A stretch of 64,000 nucleotides of DNA from NCBI GenBank assembly GCA_965262725.1, contig OZ253555.1, forward strand, positions 2,208,001-2,272,000. Direction: 5' to 3'. The notes beneath the pieces were generated by a model, which worked only from the letters and a program-made list of their open reading frames with translations, made no database searches and had not been told where the DNA came from. Shown here one piece after another: positions 56,913 through 64,000 of this stretch; the first letter of the stretch is position 1, and each line of letters opens with the position of its first letter. The stretch is from Dehalococcoidia bacterium (GTDB lineage: Bacteria; Chloroflexota; Dehalococcoidia; UBA2979). The translations under genes and the position numbers were made by a program.

Positions 56913-58022
56913 ATGGCCGCCGACGCCCCGCATCCGGCCCGCGAGCCCCGCCTCGACGCGCTCCTGGTGTTGCTCGGGCTGCCGGCCGAGCGCGTGCAGT
57001 CCTTTGATCCGCTGGCCCCCCGCTTCGACGCGGGGAGACCACTGCTCGTCCTTCCCGCAGCCTACGGGGGTGCGCGGACCCTCCTCGCCGAACGCTACCC
57101 GGCCGCACACCCCGCGCGCGTCGTGGTCGGGGGTGAGGCGAGGGAGTCGGCGGTGGGCCTCCTCCCCGACGGCGCCGGCGCCTGGCTCATCGCTCCGCTC
57201 GCACCTGAGGAGGACCATCCTTCTTTCGCGGCCCTCCGCTCGATCGTCGAGCGACTCTACGCCCCCGGCGGCTGCCCGTGGGATCGCGAGCAGACGCACG
57301 AGTCGCTGCGCCAGTACCTGCTGGAGGAGAGCTACGAGGTCGCCGAGGCCATCGACGAGGGCGACGTCAGCGCCCTGCGGGAGGAGCTTGGCGACCTGCT
57401 CGTTCAGATCCTGATGCACTGCGCGATGGCGCAAGAGGCATCCGAGTTCACGGTGGAGGAGGTCGTACGGGACGCCTCCCTGAAGATGATCAGGCGCCAC
57501 CCGCACGTCTTCGGCGACGAGAGCGCCCAGGACGCCGCATCGCTCGTCGCTCGCCGCTGGGACGAGATCAAGGCCGCGGAGCGCGCGGCCCGGGGTGAGG
57601 GCGGTCTGGGCGCGGCACTGGACGCGGTCCCCCGCGCGGCCCCGGCACTCCTACGCGCGGCGGCGCTCCAGGGGCGGGCCGAGCGTGCCGGTGCGTCGCG
57701 CCCACCCGCGCAGCCGGCTGAACGGGTGCGCGAGGCGCTCGAGGGGGCGGAGGCGGCCGGCTGGGCCGAGGCCGAGTCCCGCATCGGGGAGCTGCTGTGG
57801 GCAGTGGTGGCACTCGCCCGGGAGCACGACATCGATGCCGAGGCGGCGCTCCGCGCGAGCGCCGCGGCCTTTGTCGAGCAAGTAGCCGGGCAGCCCCGCG
57901 GGGACTCGGTGGACCGAACGGATTCGGCGCCTGCGAGCGCCGGGGCGGATGCTACACTCCCCGCACAGGTTCGTACCGGCGCCCCGGTCGGGCGCCCCAG
58001 CAAGGAACAGAGGAGCGAATGA
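56913..58022 (+). CDS. mazG: MazG-family nucleoside triphosphate pyrophosphohydrolase (YabN-like)
   Basis: GCPWDREQTHESL, EESYEVAEAI, EELGDLL, KMIRRHPHVF, WDEIK. Confidence 0.9.
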   Translation: MAADAPHPAREPRLDALLVLLGLPAERVQSFDPLAPRFDAGRPLLVLPAAYGGARTLLAERYPAAHPARVVVGGEARESAVGLLPDGAGAWLIAPLAPEEDHPSFAALRSIVERLYAPGGCPWDREQTHESLRQYLLEESYEVAEAIDEGDVSALREELGDLLVQILMHCAMAQEASEFTVEEVVRDASLKMIRRHPHVFGDESAQDAASLVARRWDEIKAAERAARGEGGLGAALDAVPRAAPALLRAAALQGRAERAGASRPPAQPAERVREALEGAEAAGWAEAESRIGELLWAVVALAREHDIDAEAALRASAAAFVEQVAGQPRGDSVDRTDSAPASAGADATLPAQVRTGAPVGRPSKEQRSE

Positions 58023-58606
58023 CCAGCCAGACCTCCGTCGTCACCCCCGAGCGCTTCGCCACTGGTCTCCCCGATTTCGGCTCGTGGATGGACGCGATCG
58101 AGCAGCGGAAGAACGAGTTCCAGCAGCACTACGACGAGTTCACCCCCGCCGAGGACGACCTGGCGGCGATCGCGGGGCTCGTCGAGCAGCACGGCGTGAA
58201 GGCGCTCGTGCTCGGCGAGGACTGGTGCCCGGACGTGTGGCGCGGCGTGCCGGTGATCGCCAAGGTCGCCGAGCGCACGGGGATGGAGTTGCGGCTCTTC
58301 AAGCGCGACGAGAACAAGGACATCATGGCCGAGTTCCTCAAGGATGGGGAGTTCGAGTCGATCCCGACCGTCGTCTTCTACGACCGGGAGCACCGCTACC
58401 TCGGCCACTGGATCGAGCGCGCCCAGGTCGCGAACCAGGAGATCGCCGAGATCCGGAACGAGGTCATGGCCGGCGCTCCGGCCGAGGGCCCGGAGCGCGA
58501 TCAGGCGATGGCCCGCTACCGAGCGGCGACGACGGAACGCGCCGGTCCCTGGCGGCACGCGCAGGTCACCGAGATTCGCGAGCTGCTGGCGGGCGAGCTC
58601 GGCTAG
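58019..58606 (+). CDS. Thioredoxin-fold protein (single-Cys WCPDV motif)
   Basis: LVLGEDWCPDV, FKRDEN, SIPTVVF; ATGA overlap with mazG. Confidence 0.85.
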   Translation: MTSQTSVVTPERFATGLPDFGSWMDAIEQRKNEFQQHYDEFTPAEDDLAAIAGLVEQHGVKALVLGEDWCPDVWRGVPVIAKVAERTGMELRLFKRDENKDIMAEFLKDGEFESIPTVVFYDREHRYLGHWIERAQVANQEIAEIRNEVMAGAPAEGPERDQAMARYRAATTERAGPWRHAQVTEIRELLAGELG

Positions 58607-58718
58607 GCACCTCGGCTCTCTCCCCCGATACGAGGATCATGCGGGGCGCGCCGGAGGCGCGCCCCGCTGGCGTTCGGCGCCAGCCCGTGCGGGCGATGCC
58701 ACTCTCGTGGATGCGGTG

Positions 58719-59480
58719 CTAGGTCCGGGCGTCCCCGTCCGGGTCGGCCCTCGCCGGGTCGGGCTCGCCGCCCGGCGGGGACGGCGTGCGGGGGAGGCGG
58801 TCCCCCGGGCGTCGCCTCGCCGCCGAGGCGGACTGGAGCGCGTCGCCGGCGGGTGCGGCCTGGGGCCGGTCGCCGCGAGTGGCCTCCGGGACGCGCGGGA
58901 CCGGTGGCGCCTCGCGGCCCGGTGCCGCGCGCTGCTGCTCGGCGCGCTCTGCTCCCCTCCGCGACGGGGGGGGAGCGCCATCGACGTCGCCGTCGCCGGC
59001 CGGAGGCGCCTCCCGCTCCGGCGCCGCCGGCCGCGGTCGGGGTGTCGCGCAATAGGGGCAGTTGCGCCACTGGTACGAGAGGAGTCGGCCGCAGGCGTCG
59101 CAGGGCACGCGCAGCTGCGTCCGGCAGTGCGCGCAGACCATGAAGTCGTCCTCCACCGGGCGGCGGCACCGCGGACACGCCGAGGCGGCGTGGAGCTCCG
59201 AGAGCATCGCCTCTTGCTCGAGCTGTCGGCTGTAGACATCCTCGAGCGTCTGGCGGGGCCTGAGCACGAAGTAGAGCGGGAGCCCCAGGATCGGGAACGC
59301 CAGCGCGATCGCGAGCGCCGTGAGATGAGAGATGACATCTCGTGTCCGCGAGCGGATGTCGCGGTAGACCCAGATCACGGAGACGGCCCAGATCAGGGCG
59401 CCGTAGCCGCCGACGATGAAAGCCGCGAGGCGGAGCGTCGACGCCATGTCGCCGCCGGGCCATCCGATGCCGATATCCAC
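58719..59480 (-). CDS. Membrane protein with double zinc ribbon
   Basis: WVYRDIRSRT plus TM helices, then CPRC, CAHC, CDAC, CPYC. Confidence 0.85.
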   Translation of the reverse strand: MDIGIGWPGGDMASTLRLAAFIVGGYGALIWAVSVIWVYRDIRSRTRDVISHLTALAIALAFPILGLPLYFVLRPRQTLEDVYSRQLEQEAMLSELHAASACPRCRRPVEDDFMVCAHCRTQLRVPCDACGRLLSYQWRNCPYCATPRPRPAAPEREAPPAGDGDVDGAPPPSRRGAERAEQQRAAPGREAPPVPRVPEATRGDRPQAAPAGDALQSASAARRRPGDRLPRTPSPPGGEPDPARADPDGDART

Positions 59481-59663
59481 CCTCGGGGGCCTCCATCCTC
59501 ACCGCGGCGTGATCAGGCTACCACGGGGCGGGGCGAGGCTCCCGGCCCCGCCGTCCTACTCCGGCGCACCGCGTCCGGGTGAAAACGGCGCCGGCCATCT
59601 CGCCGGGCCGGGGATGGTGCGAAGGGGCGCTACAATCGGCTCAGTCCCCGTGAGCGGAGCCCG

Positions 59664-61961
59664 ATGAGCGAGGGAATCGAGAGGGAAGCCGTGGTGCGGA
59701 CCGCCGCGGGCGAGGGTACCCTCGGCGGGGCGTCCCTGAACCCGGCGCAGCGCGACGCCGTCGAGGCGGAGGACGGGGCGGTCCTCATCCTCGCCGGACC
59801 AGGATCGGGCAAGACCCGCGTCATCGCCTACCGCATCGCCCACCTGGTCGGGACGCGCCGCGTTCCGCCGGAGCGCGTTCTCGCGGTCACCTTCACCAAC
59901 AAGGCGGCGCGCGAGATGCGCGAGCGCGTGGAGTTGCTGATCGGCGGCCGGGCGCGCTCCCTGACGCTCGGCACGTTCCACGCGGTCTGTGCCCGCATCC
60001 TGCGCCGCCGGGGCGTGGGCGTCGGCGTGCCGCCGGAGTTCCAGATCTACGACACCGACGACCAGCGCGCGCTCGTGCGGCGCATCGAAGGCGAGCTCCA
60101 GGTCGATCCGCGGCAGTTTCGTCCCGGCGCCGTGCTGGCGACGATTTCGGCCGCCAAGAACGGTCTCATCGGTCCCGAGGCCTACGCGCGTTCCGTCGGC
60201 AGCTACTACGAGGAGATCGTCGCCCGCGTCTACGCTCACTACGAGCACGCCCTGCGCCGCTGTGGAGCCGTCGACTTCGACGACCTGCTGCTGCTCGTCG
60301 TGAAGCTCCTCGACGAGGACCCGGAGGCGCTCCACGCCTACGCGGAGCGCTACCTGCACGTCCTGGTCGACGAGTTCCAGGACACCAACCTGGTGCAGTA
60401 TCGCCTCGCGCGGCAGCTGGCCTCGGTGCACGGCAACATCACCGCGGTCGGCGACCCGGATCAGGCGATCTACTCCTGGCGGGCCGCCGATGCACGCAAC
60501 CTCCAGTACTTCATGCGCGACTTCCCCGACGCGCGGCAGGTCCTCCTGGAGCAGAACTACCGCTCCACCGGCCGCATCCTCCGCGTCGCGCGCGCGGTGC
60601 TGGCGAGCGACGCGGAGCGCCCGGAGAAGGGGCTCTGGACGGAGAACGCCGAGGGCGAGCGGATCGCGCTGTGGGACTTCCGCGACGGGGAGGAGGAGGG
60701 GCGTGCCATCGGCATGGAGGTGCGCCGGCTGCTGCGCGAGGGGGGGCGCCGCCCCGCCGAGATCGCCGTGATGTACCGCACCAACGCGCAGTCGCGCACG
60801 ATTGAGGAGTCCTTCCTCGAAGGCGGCATCCCGTACCGCATCGTCGGCGGCACGCGCTTCTACGACCGGCGCGAGGTGCGCGACCTCCTCGCCTACCTGC
60901 GCCTCGTGCACAACGAGTCGGACGTGATGGCGTTTCGGCGCATCGCCAACGTGCCGGCGCGCGGCATCGGCGGACGGACCATCGAGGTGGTGACCCGGGC
61001 GGCCGCCGACCTCGGCATCTCCCCACTCCGGGCGGCGTCCCGAGTGGCGGCCGGCGAGCTCGACCCCGCGCTCCCGCCGGTGCGGGCCGACATCCGCCGC
61101 GCGCTCGGCGGCTTCGTCGCGACGATGGAGCGGCTGCGAAGCGCGAGCGACGCGCTTCCCGTCACCGGGCTGATCGAGACCATCCTCTCGGTGACGCGCT
61201 ACCGCGACGAGCTCGCGCGCATCGAGGACGGCGATCCGGAGCTCGCCGAGGCGCGCTGGGAGAACGTGCAGGAGCTGCTCGCCGTTGCTGGTGGCTACGA
61301 GGCGCTGGAGGAGGACGCCTCGCTCACCTCGTTCCTGGAAGACGTGTCGCTCGTCGCCGACGTGGACGACCCCGCCGCCGACATCCCCGACGCGGTGACG
61401 CTCACCACCCTTCACGCCGCGAAGGGGCTCGAGTATCCGGTCGTCTTCCTCGTGGGGCTTGAGGAGGGCCTGCTCCCGCACGTGCGCTCGCTCGATGATC
61501 CGGCGGAGCTGGCCGAGGAGCGCCGCCTTCTCTACGTGGGGGTGACACGCGCCAAGGAGCGGCTCTACCTCACGCACGCGCAGCGGAGATTCCGAAACGG
61601 CGCCTACCGCGCCGCCCCCCGCTGCCGCTTTGTCGAGAAGATCCCGGGTTCCGAGCTCGCGCGACCGTCGAGGAGCCAGCGCGGCGTCGCGGCTGGCGGC
61701 CCGGGCTGGGCCGCGACGCGCGCGCGGGTGCCGGAGCCCCGCGCCGCCTCGCGCGCCGCCGGCGACCGGGCAGGTGCGAGGACCACGCCCGCAGACCGGC
61801 CCGCGTACGCGCCGGGCGAGCGGGTCGCGCACGCGACCTTCGGCGAGGGCGTCGTCGTCTCCTGCGATGTGCTGCCCGGCGATCAGCAGGTCACCGTCGC
61901 GTTCGCGGGCCGGGGCGTGAAGAGGCTGCTCGTCTCCTACGCCCCGCTCTCGCGCCTCTAG
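59664..61961 (+). CDS. pcrA: UvrD/PcrA ATP-dependent DNA helicase
   Basis: AGPGSGKT, VTFTNKAAREM, VDEFQDTN, VGDPDQAIY, LEQNYRS, HAAKGLEY, EERRLLYVGVTRA, C-terminal Tudor-like domain. Confidence 0.95.
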   Translation: MSEGIEREAVVRTAAGEGTLGGASLNPAQRDAVEAEDGAVLILAGPGSGKTRVIAYRIAHLVGTRRVPPERVLAVTFTNKAAREMRERVELLIGGRARSLTLGTFHAVCARILRRRGVGVGVPPEFQIYDTDDQRALVRRIEGELQVDPRQFRPGAVLATISAAKNGLIGPEAYARSVGSYYEEIVARVYAHYEHALRRCGAVDFDDLLLLVVKLLDEDPEALHAYAERYLHVLVDEFQDTNLVQYRLARQLASVHGNITAVGDPDQAIYSWRAADARNLQYFMRDFPDARQVLLEQNYRSTGRILRVARAVLASDAERPEKGLWTENAEGERIALWDFRDGEEEGRAIGMEVRRLLREGGRRPAEIAVMYRTNAQSRTIEESFLEGGIPYRIVGGTRFYDRREVRDLLAYLRLVHNESDVMAFRRIANVPARGIGGRTIEVVTRAAADLGISPLRAASRVAAGELDPALPPVRADIRRALGGFVATMERLRSASDALPVTGLIETILSVTRYRDELARIEDGDPELAEARWENVQELLAVAGGYEALEEDASLTSFLEDVSLVADVDDPAADIPDAVTLTTLHAAKGLEYPVVFLVGLEEGLLPHVRSLDDPAELAEERRLLYVGVTRAKERLYLTHAQRRFRNGAYRAAPRCRFVEKIPGSELARPSRSQRGVAAGGPGWAATRARVPEPRAASRAAGDRAGARTTPADRPAYAPGERVAHATFGEGVVVSCDVLPGDQQVTVAFAGRGVKRLLVSYAPLSRL

Positions 61962-61985
61962 TCCGTCGGCGGGCGAGGGGCCGGC

Positions 61986-62867
61986 TCAGTCCCCGAGCAG
62001 CAGCGCCAGCGACTCGTCGTCGACCGAGGCCGCCATAAGCTCGCCGATGCGTTCGATCTTCGCCTCGCCCGCGAACGGCGCGCTGCCGAAGGTCCCCTCG
62101 ACGTCCCGGACGGTCTCGACGGTGCCCTCTGGGGCGAGCAGGAGCGTCGTGTCGCGCCCCGCGGCGGCGCGGTCGAGCAGGTAGGGGCTCGGCTCGGCGC
62201 CGCCGGAGAGCATGAGGCAGCTCACGCCGGTGCGGAGCGCGCCGAGCGCGATGTCGACCTTCTCGGCGCGCGTGATGACCGCCGTCCGCGGGCGCCGCTC
62301 GAAATAGGACACGTCGGTCGCGTCGTGGGAGATGGCGCCGACGAGAATGTGCTCGATGATCGCGGCATCGCCCTCGCGCGAGCGCGCCAGCACCCGGGCG
62401 CCGCTGGCCTCGATCAGGTACCCGACGGTGGGGGCGGCGAGAAGCCGGTCCTCGGGCACCCGCAGAGGCCCGGAGGCGCCGGGGAGGGCGCCCCTGCTCC
62501 GCGTTCGAACGAGCTCGCCTCCGGCCGGCGGATCCGCCTCGGCACCGTCCGGCGCGACGAGCAGCGCGCGCGCGCCGAGCCGGGCGGCGAGCTCGCCCAG
62601 GGCCGCGCCGGGGGGCGTCTCAACGACCAGGACGCCGCCCTTCTCGGGGGGCAGGGCGGCGAGCGCCTCGGGCGCGATCGGCGCGCCGCTGCCGTCGGCG
62701 AACTCGAGCGACGCGAAGAGCTCCGCGTCGGCACCCGCGCGCGGGTCGCCGGTCAGACGCTCCACACGAACCGAGCGGCCGGTCCGGGCGATGCGGCTCG
62801 CGAGGCCGACCGCGACGGTGCTTGCCCCCGCGCCGATGCCGACGCCCCCCACGAGCAGGATCGCCAT
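61986..62867 (-). CDS. DRTGG-domain protein (phosphotransacetylase N-terminal-like), divergent
   Basis: Degenerate P-loop GIGAGAST; HILVGAIS...TAVITRAEKVDIALGAL...CLMLSGG matches the DRTGG layout. Confidence 0.65.
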   Translation of the reverse strand: MAILLVGGVGIGAGASTVAVGLASRIARTGRSVRVERLTGDPRAGADAELFASLEFADGSGAPIAPEALAALPPEKGGVLVVETPPGAALGELAARLGARALLVAPDGAEADPPAGGELVRTRSRGALPGASGPLRVPEDRLLAAPTVGYLIEASGARVLARSREGDAAIIEHILVGAISHDATDVSYFERRPRTAVITRAEKVDIALGALRTGVSCLMLSGGAEPSPYLLDRAAAGRDTTLLLAPEGTVETVRDVEGTFGSAPFAGEAKIERIGELMAASVDDESLALLLGD

Positions 62868-63012
62868 CGCTCCTCCGAATCGGCTGCGGCCGCAGCGAGC
62901 CGTCCCGCCTGGAGCGGTCTCATCGGCCCGCCTCCGCGCCGGGGCCGAGTCTGACGAGGGCCGCCGCCGGTCGCAACCGCGTCCACCCGTTGCGGCGTGC
63001 GAGCGCCCGTGC

Positions 63013-63399
63013 TCAGCGCCCGGCGACGTTCCCTGCACCGGCCGGAACCCGGCGCGTGAAGAACTTGATCCGGTAACCGTCGGGCGCCGCGAGAGTCAGC
63101 GAGTGGGCCCAGGGCTCCTCGGCGACTGGCGGTAGCCCGGCGAGGCGGCCGGAGAGCTCCGCCCGGAGCGCGTGCACATCCGGCACCTCCATCGCCGCGC
63201 GCGTGCGCTCGTCGTCGGCCTCGGCCGCCGGGTCGTCGATGATCTCGATGCCCCAGTCACGCGTGCCGAAGCACACCCCGCGCCGCCCCTCCCCCGCGTA
63301 CTCGACGAAGACCGGCCAGCCGAGCACCTCGCCGTAGTAGCGGTAGCACTCGTCGAACCGGGACGTGCGGATCACGGTCCGCGTGCAGATCACATCCAT
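63013..63399 (-). CDS. VOC/glyoxalase-family protein
   Basis: YYGEVLGW, MEVPDV, EEPWAHSLTLAAPDGYRIKF. Confidence 0.8.
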   Translation of the reverse strand: MDVICTRTVIRTSRFDECYRYYGEVLGWPVFVEYAGEGRRGVCFGTRDWGIEIIDDPAAEADDERTRAAMEVPDVHALRAELSGRLAGLPPVAEEPWAHSLTLAAPDGYRIKFFTRRVPAGAGNVAGR

Positions 63400-63420
63400 C
63401 GAAAACCTCCGTGTCCCGTC

Positions 63421-64000
63421 CTAGGCCTCCGTGCCGTCGCCGCGCATGAAGTCAAGCACGGCCGCGACCCACGCGTCGGGTTGCTCGTCGACGATGTCGT
63501 GCGTGCCGCCCTCCAGCTCGACGTAGGGCAGATCCGGGCGAGCCTCGCGGGCGCGCTGGGTCGCGCGGTAGAGATCCTCCCCCGTGTTGGTCAGCAGCAG
63601 TGTGGGCACGGCGAGGTCACGCAGCGCTGCCTCGAGGTCGTACGTGAAGACCGGGATGTAGCCGTACCACTCCGTCTCGCGCACCTGCAGCATCTCGATC
63701 ACGCATCGCGTCATCGCACGCAGGTCGGTGTAGCCGGTCGTCACGCGGAGCCGGCGCTCCCACGGCTCCAGCAGGTGGCTGCCGTCCTCCCGGATCTCGG
63801 GCGCGCGCTCCGGGAGCCGCGCCAGGTAGCGAGCGCGCTGGTCGGCGCGGAAGAACGGGACGCCGTTGAGGATGAGCCGGGAGACGCGCTCGGGGTGGGA
63901 GCGGCCGAGCTCCGAGGCGGTCACGGCGCCGGTATGGTGCCCCAGCACCGTGGCACGCGGGACGTCGAGCGCGTCGAGGAGCGCGAGCGCCGCCCCGGCG
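63421..64000 (-). CDS. Alpha/beta-hydrolase-fold protein, 3' part (runs off the window end)
   Basis: LDALDV...VLGHHTGA...HPERVSRLILNG, VPTLLL, ELEGGTHDIVDEQPD. Confidence 0.8.
   Translation of the reverse strand, partial: AGAALALLDALDVPRATVLGHHTGAVTASELGRSHPERVSRLILNGVPFFRADQRARYLARLPERAPEIREDGSHLLEPWERRLRVTTGYTDLRAMTRCVIEMLQVRETEWYGYIPVFTYDLEAALRDLAVPTLLLTNTGEDLYRATQRAREARPDLPYVELEGGTHDIVDEQPDAWVAAVLDFMRGDGTEA

Noticed and set aside
56913-58022. MazG as part of a toxin-antitoxin or anti-phage module
   Set aside because: Housekeeping YabN-like architecture, with no mazEF or defence genes nearby.

Overview
High-GC (roughly 70-75% by eye) bacterial chromosome segment made almost entirely of housekeeping genes. 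Gene content and sequence style suggest Chloroflexota, probably Dehalococcoidia; this is an inference from the RpoD with a large non-conserved insertion, the baseplate-J-like gene beside ruvX/mltG and the stand-alone PurN-like gene. Order: lepA (partial), oppF/oppD, tRNA-Leu/Lys, a GPP34-family gene, tRNA-Val, thrS, biotin carboxylase and carrier, infC-rpmI-rplT, inverted pheST, a small accessory patch, moeA/mobB-like, the minus-strand alaS-baseplateJ-ruvX-mltG-aroE-hyp-aroC-aroKB-acyP operon, glmU, a CBS/CorC gene, topA, xerC, aroQ-pepP-efp, xseAB, purN-like, rluB, cmk-plsC-glmS, ppdK, dgt, dnaG-rpoD, mazG, pcrA and several small genes. I found no prophage, IS element, CRISPR array, rRNA or defence island. 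The most interesting signals are: (1) an unusual translation-initiation pattern, with several genes apparently starting at near-cognate codons (ATC/ATT/CTG) behind good SD motifs and several apparently leaderless genes; (2) a membrane-anchored baseplate-J-like protein embedded in the alaS-ruvX-mltG operon with no phage context; (3) an unannotated ~180-nt 6S-like rod RNA between topA and xerC, plus a second structured intergenic region; (4) an EF-P with a non-canonical tip loop; (5) a frameshifted flavin-binding-type gene and a 4x48-bp higher-order coding repeat. All family assignments come from motif recognition by eye, not from database searches.
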